From the NCBI GenBank assembly GCA_045631145.1, contig JAZQUE010000074.1:3065-67064 (forward strand): a stretch of DNA of 64,000 nt. Direction: 5' to 3'. The DNA comes from Eubacteriales bacterium. Its GTDB lineage: Bacteria > Bacillota > Clostridia > Oscillospirales > SIG627. Positions 26,057 through 35,463 of this stretch are shown one piece after another. The number at the start of each line of letters is the position of its first letter. Within the stretch, counting starts at the first letter, position 1. Below the pieces are notes generated by a model. It saw nothing but the letters and a program-made list of their open reading frames with translations. It was not told the origin of the DNA and did not search any database. A program made the position numbers and the translations under genes.

Positions 26057-26478
26057 AATATCAGAGCATTTTCAGAGGTGTTCTTCAAATAGGCACAGCC
26101 CTGTTCAGCTTTCACGAACACGACAGACCATTTCGACGCATTGATGTTCGCCCTCGCCCCGTGAAGCAACACAATCTCGTGGCGTTCGAGTTCCGAGCAG
26201 TTGATTGTCGCACTCGTCCGTCCGATAAGAATAGCACGTGTCGGGTTATTGAGAGTGATAGCCCCTGCGTCGATGTATATTCCGTAACGCTCGACGTTGT
26301 GCTTCTTGAACAGGCGGAGCGTGGCGATATTCGGGAAATGGTGTGTCATACAAAACTCCAATCCCTGTGTCGTCGTAAACAGGCGTATAATGCCCTGTAA
26401 GTCCTCCGTTCCTTTGAACAGAGGACAACAGCCTAACAGCTTGGCTTGGGCGTAGATGTTCTTTATAACCGATTCCAT
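26053..26478 (-). CDS. hypothetical tail protein (141 aa)
   Basis: ORF immediately after the tape measure gene; 4-nt overlap with the next gene. Confidence 0.4.
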   Translation of the reverse strand: MESVIKNIYAQAKLLGCCPLFKGTEDLQGIIRLFTTTQGLEFCMTHHFPNIATLRLFKKHNVERYGIYIDAGAITLNNPTRAILIGRTSATINCSELERHEIVLLHGARANINASKWSVVFVKAEQGCAYLKNTSENALIL

Positions 26479-26482
26479 ATCG

Positions 26483-29400
26483 TTACTGTATTTTAATTCC
26501 TTTGATTACAATATCTTCCACTGTCGATTTCACGTCACGGATATTCTCCTCGACCTTTTCCATACGGGCGGATATACGTTCCGTGTGCATTTCGATATTG
26601 AGGACACTTTCAAGGATTCCCGCCGCTGTTGCTACCAACTGCTTTGTGTTCTCGCTGATTGAGTAGGTGTGTCCCTGTATCGCTGTTGCTCGACCGTTCA
26701 ATTCATCCACGCTTTCCTGCGAGGCTGTGGCTATTCCCTCCTGTGAGGCTTCACGTGAAGCGGCTGTCGTTGTGAACATATTCTTCACGCTGTCAGGTAG
26801 GCTCTCCCAAATCACAGCGAAATCCTCGCCGACAGAGTTCAGGTCGGCTGCAAAACCTGACATCGAATTGATAACAGCGTCAAGCCCCACAAACTGCCCG
26901 TCCTTGAACCATTTTTCCTTGTACTTGTTGAAGATTTCTCCGAGAGGTTCTTCAAGGAATTTGCTCACGAGCATACGCTGCATAACGTCCGCTACGATAT
27001 CCTTTACCTTGTCGCCCCAAGCCTCGGCGTAGTCCTCGCCATTCTTGAAAGCCTCGAAGAAAGCGTCCCCGAGTTCCTTTGCGATGTCCTCCGATGAACC
27101 GCCGATAATATCCTCTACCATTTCGTTGATAATGGTAACAGCCTGTTCTCCGAGTTCCTGTATCTGCTGTTCCCATTCTTCAATCTTCCCGTGGTCGGTT
27201 TTCTTTTTGTCCTCCTCGTTCCTGATCTGTTCCTGAATGAGGAGCTGCTGTTTGGCGATGTTCTCCAACTGTGATTTAGCGTCACTGTATTTCGCACCAC
27301 CGATAGCCTTGTCTTCTGTGTAGGCGATGTTGGCGTAAGCCTTTGCCACCTTTTCGGCTGACTGTTGGAGCAGTTGGTTATTGTTCGACAGTGTACTGAA
27401 CAGTGTTCCCCATACGCCTGATATGTTGTTCATTCTGTAATGAAGCGTAACCAATTCCTGACGAGCCTCGGCGGTTGCCTTGCGGAGCATATCCATAGCC
27501 TTGAAACTGTTGTTCTGCAAGCGGACAGCGTCGGCATTGTCGAGTTCCCATTGAAGTTGGTCGATACGGTCTTGCAGGGCTTCGATTTCTTCCTGTTTCT
27601 TGTCGTCGTTGTTGAACAGGTTGATAATCTGCATGGCAATCTGCATAGCCGCCGAAATGACCGCCAAAATCACAGAGGCTTTCTCAACAGTTGAAATGGC
27701 TGTCTCCGCAGCTGTGGCAGTTCCCTGCATACCTGTTGCGGACATATTCACGAGCTGCACAATGCCGTTTATCATTGACAGGGTAGAAGCCATAATGTTG
27801 CCTGTGGTGGAAATGATTTCACCCGCAACACCTCCGACAGCGTCCCCGATTTCATCAAACGACTTGCAGCAGTCGTCCAATGATTCCCGTAGGTCGTTCC
27901 ACTGTTCGATACTCCGTTTGTTGGGGGCAACGTCGTTCTGTGCGTTCGCCTTTTCGACCTTGCTCTTTGCGGTGGCTACTTTTGCTCGGGCAACGGCTAT
28001 CTGCTTTCCGTCGGCTGTCCCTGATTCTTCGAGCTTCTTCAATTCCTTTTCAGCCTGTTCGAGAACTCCTTGAAGCTGTTGCAACGATAGGTTGGCAATT
28101 GCTTCGCACCACGCCTGATAACTTGCCTCACGCTGTGCGAACTGTTCGTCAATGGCTGTCAGGGCGTTTTGCTCCTGTGTGTTCAGCTCGTCGATATTAC
28201 CCTGTGTTACGCCCTCACGAAGTCCCTTGCTTTTGTCTCCGTCCACATACAGAGCCTTGCGTTTACGCTCGTAATCTTCTGTGATTTCCGTACGTTTTTG
28301 CTCGTAGGTCATAAACTCCGACAGGGCTTTATCGAGGCTGTCTTTATTGGCTTTCGCTCGTATATCGCTTGCAATTCGCTCGTATTCTCTGATGATTTGA
28401 AGCTGCTCTGACGAGAGGTCGGCTGCGGTAACAGAGGAACGGTCAAACGACAGTCCCTGCTCCTTTGCTTTCGGGTTGGCGTTCTCCCATTCAAGCTGCT
28501 TTTTATCCCGTAGGGCTTCAACCATTTCTTCCTGACGACGGAGGTTTGCTTCGGTCAGGCGTTTATAGTTGAGTTCGTTCTGTGCGAGTTCCTTTTCCAA
28601 GCCCTCCTGCATACCGTCAATACGGGCTTGCTCGATGTCGAGTTCAGCCTGTCGTGCCTCACGGGCGACATCTTCCCCGTATTGCCTGATTTTCTCGTTT
28701 CTCTCGGCTGTTTGAACGGCAATGGTGTTCTCCTCTTTCTGCTCACGATTGGCGGCTGTCGTGCCCTTTGTAACGCTGTAAGCGTCAATCTGCTTTTGAG
28801 CCTCGGCAATGTTAGCACGGATTTTCTTCGCTTCCTTGGTCTGCAACTGTGCAGCTGTCATAGCGTCCAACAATCCCTGCTGCTCTTTCTTGTAGTCCTC
28901 CCAATACTTTTTGTTCTTCACAACTTCGGTAGGCTTGCCGCCGTCCTCTGTTCCGCTTCCCGCTTGTGGGTTGCCTCCATACAGGCGGTTAGCTTCTGCC
29001 ATAGTATTGTCAAAAATACCCCTTGCACGTTGGGCGGCTGTGATTTGGTTTTGCATAGGGTTGTACTGATATGAGCCGCCGCCTCCAAACATACCGCCTC
29101 CATAATAGCCTGTACGCTCGAATTGGTTGATTATCCCCTGTACCTCGGCAGTCATTTCCTGTTTGCCCTCCAAGACGGGAACAATCTTCCAATAATAAGT
29201 TTCGGCAAGGCTAATTCCGTCTGCGCCTGTCTGTCCTTTGAACTTATCGTTCAACAGTTCCATTATCTCCTCTTTTGCGTCGGCTTCTTTCTCGGCGTAG
29301 GTATCGGCTGCGTCCTTTGTAGCAGCTTCCAACGCTCGGGCTTTGGCGGCTTCCCTGGCAGCAGCAGTAACAGCCTTATACGCTCCCTCAACGTCCTGTA

Positions 29401-30703
29401 ACGACTGAACCTCCTTGCTCAACCCTTTCAGATAATCGCCGTACTGATTGAGGATAGCCTGTTTGGCTGACTTGTACTCGTCCGTGCCCTCCTTGGCTGC
29501 TTTCAAGCGGGCAAAGAGGCTGTCAATCTGAACACGTTCTGACGCTACCTCCTTGTTGAACTTTTCTGTCGTTTCGTTGAGTTTCGCTTGTGCCTTTTCA
29601 GCGTCAGTCTGATAGGTCACGAGCTTGTATATTCCATAAGCCAATGCAGCGACAGCAGCAGCGGCAAGTACATACGGGTTTTTAAGGATTGTCGCATTGA
29701 GAAGCTTCTGTGCTTTCTCAACGAGCAACAGGGCATTGTAATGTAACAGCTCGGAAGCCGTCCAACCTGCGTTTACAGAGGTTGCAACCGATTTTGTGGC
29801 TGTCAGTGTAATGAGGGCGGCTTTGTACACGCCATAAGTAACAACGAGTTCGCCGATAATCTCACCGACCTTTTCGTAGCTGTTCACGAGTTCCGTTGCC
29901 GCCTGTATTGAGCCTGTAATGACACCCTCCGAGTTCTCGCCAATCTTGTTGAACATATCTTCGATAGCTCCCTCCAAGTTTGAGATAGACCCCTTTATGC
30001 CCTTGCTCTGCGCTTCGAGCATACCGTTGAACTTTCCGCCCTCCGAGGTTGCGTCCATAAATGCTTTGGTAATCATTTCGGCAGAGATTGAACCCGCAGC
30101 CATTTCCTCTTTGAGCGTACCGATAGACTTGCCCGTTTGTTCGCTGATAACCGACAGTGGGTTGAAACCTGCGTTAATCATCTGCAGCAAGTCCTGTCCC
30201 ATAAGTTTGCCCGTCGATTGCATCTGTGAGAAAGCAAGCACAAGAGAATTGAATTTCTGTGCGTCACCCATTGCAATATCTCCGATAGCTCGGAGTATAG
30301 GCATAACGTTCTGTGCCTCGACATTGAACGAGAGGAGTGTTTGAGCACCTTTGGCGAGGTCACCCATAGCCATAGGAGTTGTTACGGCAAAATCCTTGAT
30401 GTCGCCGAACAGCTTCCTGCCCTGTGTCTTACCTGCAAGGATTTCAAACGACTTTTCGAGGCTTTCAATCTCGCCCCTGACATTGACCACCTGTTTGGCA
30501 AATGCCGCCGCCTGTTGTATAGTGAACACACCCGCAATAGTTTTCCCGACACGGCTAAACGCTGCGTCGATGTTGTTGCCCTCCTGTACCGCCGTTTTGC
30601 CGATACTCTGCAAAATGTTTCTTGATTGGGCTGCGTCCGCTTGCAGGGTTGAATTGTCAATACCTGTGGCGAAATGTAGTCTTCCGTTATCTGCTTTGCT
30701 CAT
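26483..30703 (-). CDS. tail tape measure protein (1406 aa)
   Basis: Called on length, long coiled-coil/Ala-Glu-Lys-rich segments and internal TM-like stretches, and on its position after the chaperone pair. Confidence 0.85.
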   Translation of the reverse strand: MSKADNGRLHFATGIDNSTLQADAAQSRNILQSIGKTAVQEGNNIDAAFSRVGKTIAGVFTIQQAAAFAKQVVNVRGEIESLEKSFEILAGKTQGRKLFGDIKDFAVTTPMAMGDLAKGAQTLLSFNVEAQNVMPILRAIGDIAMGDAQKFNSLVLAFSQMQSTGKLMGQDLLQMINAGFNPLSVISEQTGKSIGTLKEEMAAGSISAEMITKAFMDATSEGGKFNGMLEAQSKGIKGSISNLEGAIEDMFNKIGENSEGVITGSIQAATELVNSYEKVGEIIGELVVTYGVYKAALITLTATKSVATSVNAGWTASELLHYNALLLVEKAQKLLNATILKNPYVLAAAAVAALAYGIYKLVTYQTDAEKAQAKLNETTEKFNKEVASERVQIDSLFARLKAAKEGTDEYKSAKQAILNQYGDYLKGLSKEVQSLQDVEGAYKAVTAAAREAAKARALEAATKDAADTYAEKEADAKEEIMELLNDKFKGQTGADGISLAETYYWKIVPVLEGKQEMTAEVQGIINQFERTGYYGGGMFGGGGSYQYNPMQNQITAAQRARGIFDNTMAEANRLYGGNPQAGSGTEDGGKPTEVVKNKKYWEDYKKEQQGLLDAMTAAQLQTKEAKKIRANIAEAQKQIDAYSVTKGTTAANREQKEENTIAVQTAERNEKIRQYGEDVAREARQAELDIEQARIDGMQEGLEKELAQNELNYKRLTEANLRRQEEMVEALRDKKQLEWENANPKAKEQGLSFDRSSVTAADLSSEQLQIIREYERIASDIRAKANKDSLDKALSEFMTYEQKRTEITEDYERKRKALYVDGDKSKGLREGVTQGNIDELNTQEQNALTAIDEQFAQREASYQAWCEAIANLSLQQLQGVLEQAEKELKKLEESGTADGKQIAVARAKVATAKSKVEKANAQNDVAPNKRSIEQWNDLRESLDDCCKSFDEIGDAVGGVAGEIISTTGNIMASTLSMINGIVQLVNMSATGMQGTATAAETAISTVEKASVILAVISAAMQIAMQIINLFNNDDKKQEEIEALQDRIDQLQWELDNADAVRLQNNSFKAMDMLRKATAEARQELVTLHYRMNNISGVWGTLFSTLSNNNQLLQQSAEKVAKAYANIAYTEDKAIGGAKYSDAKSQLENIAKQQLLIQEQIRNEEDKKKTDHGKIEEWEQQIQELGEQAVTIINEMVEDIIGGSSEDIAKELGDAFFEAFKNGEDYAEAWGDKVKDIVADVMQRMLVSKFLEEPLGEIFNKYKEKWFKDGQFVGLDAVINSMSGFAADLNSVGEDFAVIWESLPDSVKNMFTTTAASREASQEGIATASQESVDELNGRATAIQGHTYSISENTKQLVATAAGILESVLNIEMHTERISARMEKVEENIRDVKSTVEDIVIKGIKIQ

Positions 30704-30715
30704 TGATAGTCATTG

Positions 30716-30871
30716 TTATTCGATTGAATCTAAAAATTTCCTTACTCGCTCCCTGTTGGCAGGGTCGTCGGCTCGTACAATTTCCTCGTCCTTTTTCCCC
30801 TCCGCCGAATCTTTCGGCTTCTTGTAACTCGGGAGAACAGCCCCGTACATAATCAGATTGACGTAACTCAT
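30716..30871 (-). CDS. possible -1 frameshift extension of the tail assembly chaperone (G/GT-type arrangement)
   Basis: This frame is open across the stop of 30925..31458 and is -1 relative to it. It ends 12 nt before the tape measure ATG. No canonical slippery heptamer found. Confidence 0.3.
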   Translation of the reverse strand: MSYVNLIMYGAVLPSYKKPKDSAEGKKDEEIVRADDPANRERVRKFLDSIE

Positions 30872-30924
30872 TTCGTACAGGACGTAATCAATGGGGAGGT
30901 TGTAAGCCTTGACAGTACCTGCGA

Positions 30925-31458
30925 TTACTGCCCAAATGCTGTCGTTTCTTCCACTTTCGTCTGTCGCAGCAGGTTTATCTCTATCAGGAAAGTGGTAAGA
31001 CCGAAAAAATCAGCCAACTGCATACGTTGTAGGAGTTGTCCCGCTAACGTGTGGAGCTGTCGGGGTGTCAGGTCTTCGAGAAGCTGACGGGCGAGTTCCG
31101 CTTTACGGTCGATAACTGTTTCCACTTCGACGGTCTTATTAAAACGCAAAAGCCCCCAAAACAGGCGTTTTTCTTTCGTCTGCGGGGCTTTCACTGTTTC
31201 CGTGAGGTGTTTTGCACCAAGCAAAAAAATCGCAACGATTTCGCCCAATTTTTGGCATTCTTTCGCTGCGTATAAACTTTCCTCTGCAAGTCTTTTCTCA
31301 TCGAGCTTCAACTGCGGGAGTTGGGAAATAGCCTCCGAAGCGAGTATCAACGTCGCCGTGCTTGGCGGATAAAACTTGTATATCTTGTCGCCGACCTTGA
31401 TGTCTTCGGGCTGCTGTAAGACAGCCTGTGCGACCTTTTTTTCTACTGTTGCTTCCAT
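30925..31458 (-). CDS. tail assembly chaperone candidate (178 aa from ATG 31458)
   Basis: Lies directly upstream of the tape measure. The track ORF start (31527) would overlap the tRNA, so ATG 31458 (MEATVEKK..) is preferred. Confidence 0.45.
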   Translation of the reverse strand: MEATVEKKVAQAVLQQPEDIKVGDKIYKFYPPSTATLILASEAISQLPQLKLDEKRLAEESLYAAKECQKLGEIVAIFLLGAKHLTETVKAPQTKEKRLFWGLLRFNKTVEVETVIDRKAELARQLLEDLTPRQLHTLAGQLLQRMQLADFFGLTTFLIEINLLRQTKVEETTAFGQ

Positions 31459-31480
31459 ACTGTCATATTTCTGTAATGAG

Positions 31481-31552
31481 TTGCGGGGGAGGGAATCGAA
31501 CCCTCGACCTTTGGGATATGAGCCCAATGAGCTACCGCTGCTCTACCCCGCT
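31481..31552 (-). tRNA. tRNA-Met (anticodon CAT) with initiator-type features
   Basis: Hand-folded cloverleaf: AGCGGGG-TA-GAGC-AGCGGTA-GCTC-A-TTGGG-CTCATAT-CCCAA-AGGTC-GAGGG-TTCGATT-CCCTC-CCCCGCA-A. All four stems pair. No CCA is encoded. Confidence 0.85.
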
Positions 31553-31647
31553 GTATGTCGGTTTTCTCCTGCCAACCGAAAAGGGTGTCTTTCCACTCGT
31601 CAAACGGTATTGACCGACCGTCAACGGCAGCAACAAAATGGTGTCGG

Positions 31648-32103
31648 TTACGAACCCTGACCCTCTGTATAAGGTTTCACGGTCTTACCTGTCTTCGGCT
31701 TCAAGCACTTCGCAACATAGTGCAACATCTTACCTTCTGCGGTAGAGTATCGCTCCTCGCAACGAACAACGCTGCGGTCAATCTGAATACCCTCGCAATC
31801 GGTGTCCTCGAGAGGTGTTACACGGAAAGCGTGTTCGCCTGAAATCAGACCGTCATTATCTTCAAACGGACGTTCTTTGCCTTTCTTTACGAAAAGGTCA
31901 AACTCGAACGTATAGGTGGTTTTACCGTAACGAGCGTCCACAACTTCGCCACCCTCCTCAGTCGCAAGCGTTTCCGCACCTGCGGTTGGGGTTAGTTTGG
32001 TGGTGTCCTGCTTCGGGGTGTCAATCTCCTTCCAAGATTCGGTGGGTGCCCCGTCAGTTGATACTGCGTGCTTAATGGCGCACTTGCCCCAAGATAAAAT
32101 CAT
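31648..32103 (-). CDS. major tail protein candidate (151 aa)
   Basis: Position between the head-tail connector genes and the chaperone/tape measure genes. Confidence 0.4.
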   Translation of the reverse strand: MILSWGKCAIKHAVSTDGAPTESWKEIDTPKQDTTKLTPTAGAETLATEEGGEVVDARYGKTTYTFEFDLFVKKGKERPFEDNDGLISGEHAFRVTPLEDTDCEGIQIDRSVVRCEERYSTAEGKMLHYVAKCLKPKTGKTVKPYTEGQGS

Positions 32104-32136
32104 AACTTTCTAAATTTTTATGTTATTACTTGATTA

Positions 32137-32550
32137 CTACTCATATAATCTGTATCGAAGCTTCACGACGACGAAATGCTGATTGATTTCTGGCTCGGCT
32201 TCGGTATAGATCGTCTGTTGCAACTCAAACAGGTAATTAGTTCCGCTTCCTGACAGGCTATCCACCCAACGCTGTGCAAGAGCTTCGAGAGCTTCGGCAC
32301 GTTCTCCGTCCTCGACTTGAACCCCGTCACTGTAAGGGTCGATGTCAGGGAGGTAGATATTGACTGTTACCACGCCCGTTTGTATCTCGTCAGGAAGTCC
32401 CGTCGTGAATATCACTATGATGTCTTCCTTTCGGCTGTCACGGGGGCGATAACCCTTGCGGTAAATCTCGCCTGTAACCTCCGCAGCGAGTTCACTGTTT
32501 TGGAGCAGGTCGATGATATCCGTCTGTACCTGTTTTGATGTCTTCTTCAT
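32137..32550 (-). CDS. head-tail joining / tail completion protein candidate
   Basis: Position only. Confidence 0.35.
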   Translation of the reverse strand: MKKTSKQVQTDIIDLLQNSELAAEVTGEIYRKGYRPRDSRKEDIIVIFTTGLPDEIQTGVVTVNIYLPDIDPYSDGVQVEDGERAEALEALAQRWVDSLSGSGTNYLFELQQTIYTEAEPEINQHFVVVKLRYRLYE

Positions 32551-32552
32551 AA

Positions 32553-32993
32553 TTACTTCAATCCGAGTTGTTTCAACATTTGAGGAACTAACCTGTCAGC
32601 GAGGAGTTCCGCACTATCCTGAACGTCATAACCCTTTGCAGAAACATAGGCTGCGTAGTTCATACCCGCAACTACTATGAGGACTATTCCTGTCGGGTAT
32701 TCTCGGGCGAGCTGCTTTGCATATTCAGCACCCGCCTTTGAACCCTCGTGACCCTGTTTCACTGTTTCAAAACTCGAGATTTGCACGACCTGTCCGTCCT
32801 CCACGATTATGTAACCAAGACTACTTCGGAGGTTTCCCGTTTGGTCTTTGTATGAATCAGTCGAACGGGCGGTATTAAGAACCTGTTCCCCGACGTAGGC
32901 AAAGTTTCTGATGATGAGTTTTCGCCATATCTCCAACTTGCTTTCGATGTAGCCGTTGATTTCGGCTTCTGTGGTAACCTGTCTTATTCCCAT
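32553..32993 (-). CDS. HK97 gp10-like head-tail connector candidate
   Basis: Position, plus ...NFAYVGEQVLNTARSTDSYKDQTGNLRSSLGY.. which resembles gp10-family proteins. Confidence 0.4.
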   Translation of the reverse strand: MGIRQVTTEAEINGYIESKLEIWRKLIIRNFAYVGEQVLNTARSTDSYKDQTGNLRSSLGYIIVEDGQVVQISSFETVKQGHEGSKAGAEYAKQLAREYPTGIVLIVVAGMNYAAYVSAKGYDVQDSAELLADRLVPQMLKQLGLK

Positions 32994-33097
32994 ATCGTTA
33001 TTTTTCTCGAATCTCCCGTATTTTGCGTTTTCTTTTCGCTCTCGTATGTTTTTATGAGTTTGAAAAGAAAACCCGCCATTCGGGCTGAAAACGTTTA

Positions 33098-33415
33098 TCA
33101 GATAAGCAGCCTGATTTCACAGACCGCCTCCAAAGGTTCTACCGACATAATCGAGAACTCTCCGAGCTCTTTTCCTGTACGGTCTTTCAGCCTGATTTGC
33201 TCTGCGTTGAACTCCTGTTCCTCAATCAGTACCGTGTACTGTGCGACAGTGAAATGTTCGCCGTTCACGACCCCGAGCTTGTTATGCTTGTTGGGGATAT
33301 ACTGACAGGGGATAGGCTCTCCCCACGTAGCTTCGGCTTTCTGCGGGTAGCCCTTTTGGTTCAGCCCGCCGCCCGTCTTGCTCTTGACCTCGATTGTTCC
33401 GTTAGCGATTATCAT
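33098..33415 (-). CDS. head closure / connector protein candidate
   Basis: Position only; 4-nt overlap with the upstream gene. Confidence 0.35.
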   Translation of the reverse strand: MIIANGTIEVKSKTGGGLNQKGYPQKAEATWGEPIPCQYIPNKHNKLGVVNGEHFTVAQYTVLIEEQEFNAEQIRLKDRTGKELGEFSIMSVEPLEAVCEIRLLI

Positions 33416-33750
33416 AGTCTGTTACCCTTGTATCCGTAAATAGGTTTATTCTGTCCCGCTTCCTGTGCCGACAAATACTGCTGTTGCAGCTGTTTGGCTC
33501 GGTTGCGAAGCTGTACACGCTGTTCGTCCGTGAAAGAGAACGACTGCCCGCCCTGTGAAATGTCAGGAGCGAACGAGAGCCACAGAAGCAGGTCTGCGAG
33601 GGCGAGGTTGTATTTCGCCCCACGCAAGACCTCCTGTGTAGCTTCTTCGGTTTGCAGCAGCCCCCGACGCTCGATAGTCTCCAAGAGAGTACGGAGCGGA
33701 ATCGGGTATGCGTTTACCGCTTTCAGGCTTTCAAGAACTGTCGCTGCCAT
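33412..33750 (-). CDS. hypothetical head-tail connector protein
   Basis: Position directly after the capsid gene. Confidence 0.35.
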   Translation of the reverse strand: MAATVLESLKAVNAYPIPLRTLLETIERRGLLQTEEATQEVLRGAKYNLALADLLLWLSFAPDISQGGQSFSFTDEQRVQLRNRAKQLQQQYLSAQEAGQNKPIYGYKGNRL

Positions 33751-33763
33751 AATCCGTCAGTTT

Positions 33764-34855
33764 TTACTCCCACGCCTTAGCGTCGGTCTTGACATACAGG
33801 TTGCGGTAAGCTGTGTCGAACACAGGAACTGCGTCTGCCTGTCCGATTGTAACTTCGCTCTGCGGCTCGGCTGTACCGTACTTCTTGATAACGGTATGAG
33901 CACGCTCGGCACGGATAATGGTGTCGTTGTTCTCCTGCAGGATGTCGTACTGTGTAGTACCCAAACGCTCTGTCTCGGAGAGGATCAGGCGGCTGTTCTC
34001 GAACGGGTTGCCCGAAGTCGATGTACCGTCTGTGAACTCACGAGTGATAGTTTGGTCGATAACACGCAACTGAATACCGTTGAGCCAAGCCTGTTTTGCA
34101 AGCATAGCATTTACGGCTGTCAGGTCAGGTGTCTGTGCCATACCAACAGCGTTAGCGAGGTAAGAAGCACACGCCTTGATAACCTGTTCAGAAGAACAAA
34201 TCTTGTAGAGCTCGTCGAGGTTCACGAAAGCGAATTTCGGATTGAGCTTGTGGTCTTTGGCATACTTCACGAGTTTTGCCAAGTCACCGATTACGTCGGC
34301 TGAACTTGCGTTAGCCCAATCGGTTTTGGTTGCCTGTTTCAACTCGTCGTACACGTCGTAGTCCAAGTCGAACTCGTTTGCGTAAGTTGCGTTGTTGGTA
34401 GTTGTGAAAGACAACTTACCCGCATTTGAAGCGAGCTTCCAAGCGATGTACTCCAACTCGGACTGAACACCGTTGAAGCAGAAGTCCACGTCTTCGCCCC
34501 AATACTGTACGAGCTTCGTTGCGTCGTCGTCCTGTGCGAAAGCGAGGGCAGTCTGATAATCCTTGATTTCAGAACGGGTAAGCTCACGGCTTATGCTGAT
34601 GAAAGGAATATCACCCTTTGCGCTCTCGAAGATAGGGCGACGCTTACGGATAATCGTACCGTTGTCGGTGTGCAGGTCGGCGGCTACGTTAGCCTTTCCG
34701 AGTTGGTTCTGCAATGTTCGCCAAATGAAGCCATTTACCTTTTTGACAGGGAAATGCTTGCCGAAAAGGAACGGGTTTGCGTCAGCGGTGTTCAGACGTG
34801 CCTGCACCATTTGCTGATTCAATCCCTGAATTAGCGTATTTACAATAGTTGCCAT
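33764..34855 (-). CDS. major capsid protein (lambda gpE-like family)
   Basis: 363 aa. The N-terminus MATIVNTLIQGLNQQMVQARLNTADANPFLFGKHFPV... and the gene's position resemble gpE-type capsid proteins. Confidence 0.7.
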   Translation of the reverse strand: MATIVNTLIQGLNQQMVQARLNTADANPFLFGKHFPVKKVNGFIWRTLQNQLGKANVAADLHTDNGTIIRKRRPIFESAKGDIPFISISRELTRSEIKDYQTALAFAQDDDATKLVQYWGEDVDFCFNGVQSELEYIAWKLASNAGKLSFTTTNNATYANEFDLDYDVYDELKQATKTDWANASSADVIGDLAKLVKYAKDHKLNPKFAFVNLDELYKICSSEQVIKACASYLANAVGMAQTPDLTAVNAMLAKQAWLNGIQLRVIDQTITREFTDGTSTSGNPFENSRLILSETERLGTTQYDILQENNDTIIRAERAHTVIKKYGTAEPQSEVTIGQADAVPVFDTAYRNLYVKTDAKAWE

Positions 34856-34866
34856 AATTCGTCAGA

Positions 34867-35436
34867 TTAGTAGTTGATGATACCTGTTAGATACTTAGCC
34901 ACACATTCAGGCAGAGGATTGCCCTTGGTAACGCCGATAACCCAAGCGTCGGTGTCGATGTTCTGTCCCTTTGCGACAGGCTTACCTGTGCCGACGATTG
35001 ATAGCGGAGTGTACTTCAATGCAGAAGTGCTTGCGGTTGATTCCGCAGCCGCCTCGACAATGAAACCGCCTGACTTGATTACACCGAGAGCTGTGCCGAT
35101 TGTGATTTCGTCGTAGGACTTGTTGGTGTCGTTGATTGCTGTAACGGCATAAGCCTTACCGCCAACGTTTACCATAACGAAGTCGCCTACCTTGAAGTTG
35201 TGTCCTTTCTTCACCTTGATAACCTTGTCGGTTTCGGCTACATCAGCCACAACGACGGCAACCTTTACGACGTGACAAATACCGTTAATCGGTGCGCTCA
35301 ATACTGAACCCTCGTTCAGAAAATCGCCGCCAAGCTCGGCAGAGTGTACAGAAACACCACCTCGAATGTCAGCGACTTTGTGCATAATGACACGAGGAAC
35401 GTTGCTGTCCTTGCGTCTTGATACTGTCATTCCCAT
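34867..35436 (-). CDS. head decoration / capsid-associated protein candidate
   Basis: Lies immediately upstream of the capsid gene, as gpD does in lambda-like head modules. No motif. Confidence 0.35.
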   Translation of the reverse strand: MGMTVSRRKDSNVPRVIMHKVADIRGGVSVHSAELGGDFLNEGSVLSAPINGICHVVKVAVVVADVAETDKVIKVKKGHNFKVGDFVMVNVGGKAYAVTAINDTNKSYDEITIGTALGVIKSGGFIVEAAAESTASTSALKYTPLSIVGTGKPVAKGQNIDTDAWVIGVTKGNPLPECVAKYLTGIINY

Positions 35437-35463
35437 TTTCTTTTGATGTTAGATTGTGAAACA

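Noticed and set aside
31376-31660. Plus-strand ORFs of 94 and 61 aa, and the N-terminal 23 codons of track ORF 30925..31527
   Set aside because: They overlap the tRNA-Met gene. The ..RESNPRPLGYEP.. type translation is the usual artefact of translating a tRNA.
33494-34303. 269-aa plus-strand ORF, and similar long plus-strand ORFs at 52102..52974, 24427..25056, 19155..19610, 37092..37472 (minus) and 38327..38776 (minus)
   Set aside because: Each is antisense to a gene with clear motifs or module context (capsid, primase-helicase, fibre, DUF932-like). The composition is typical of reverse-frame artefacts in roughly 50 percent GC DNA.
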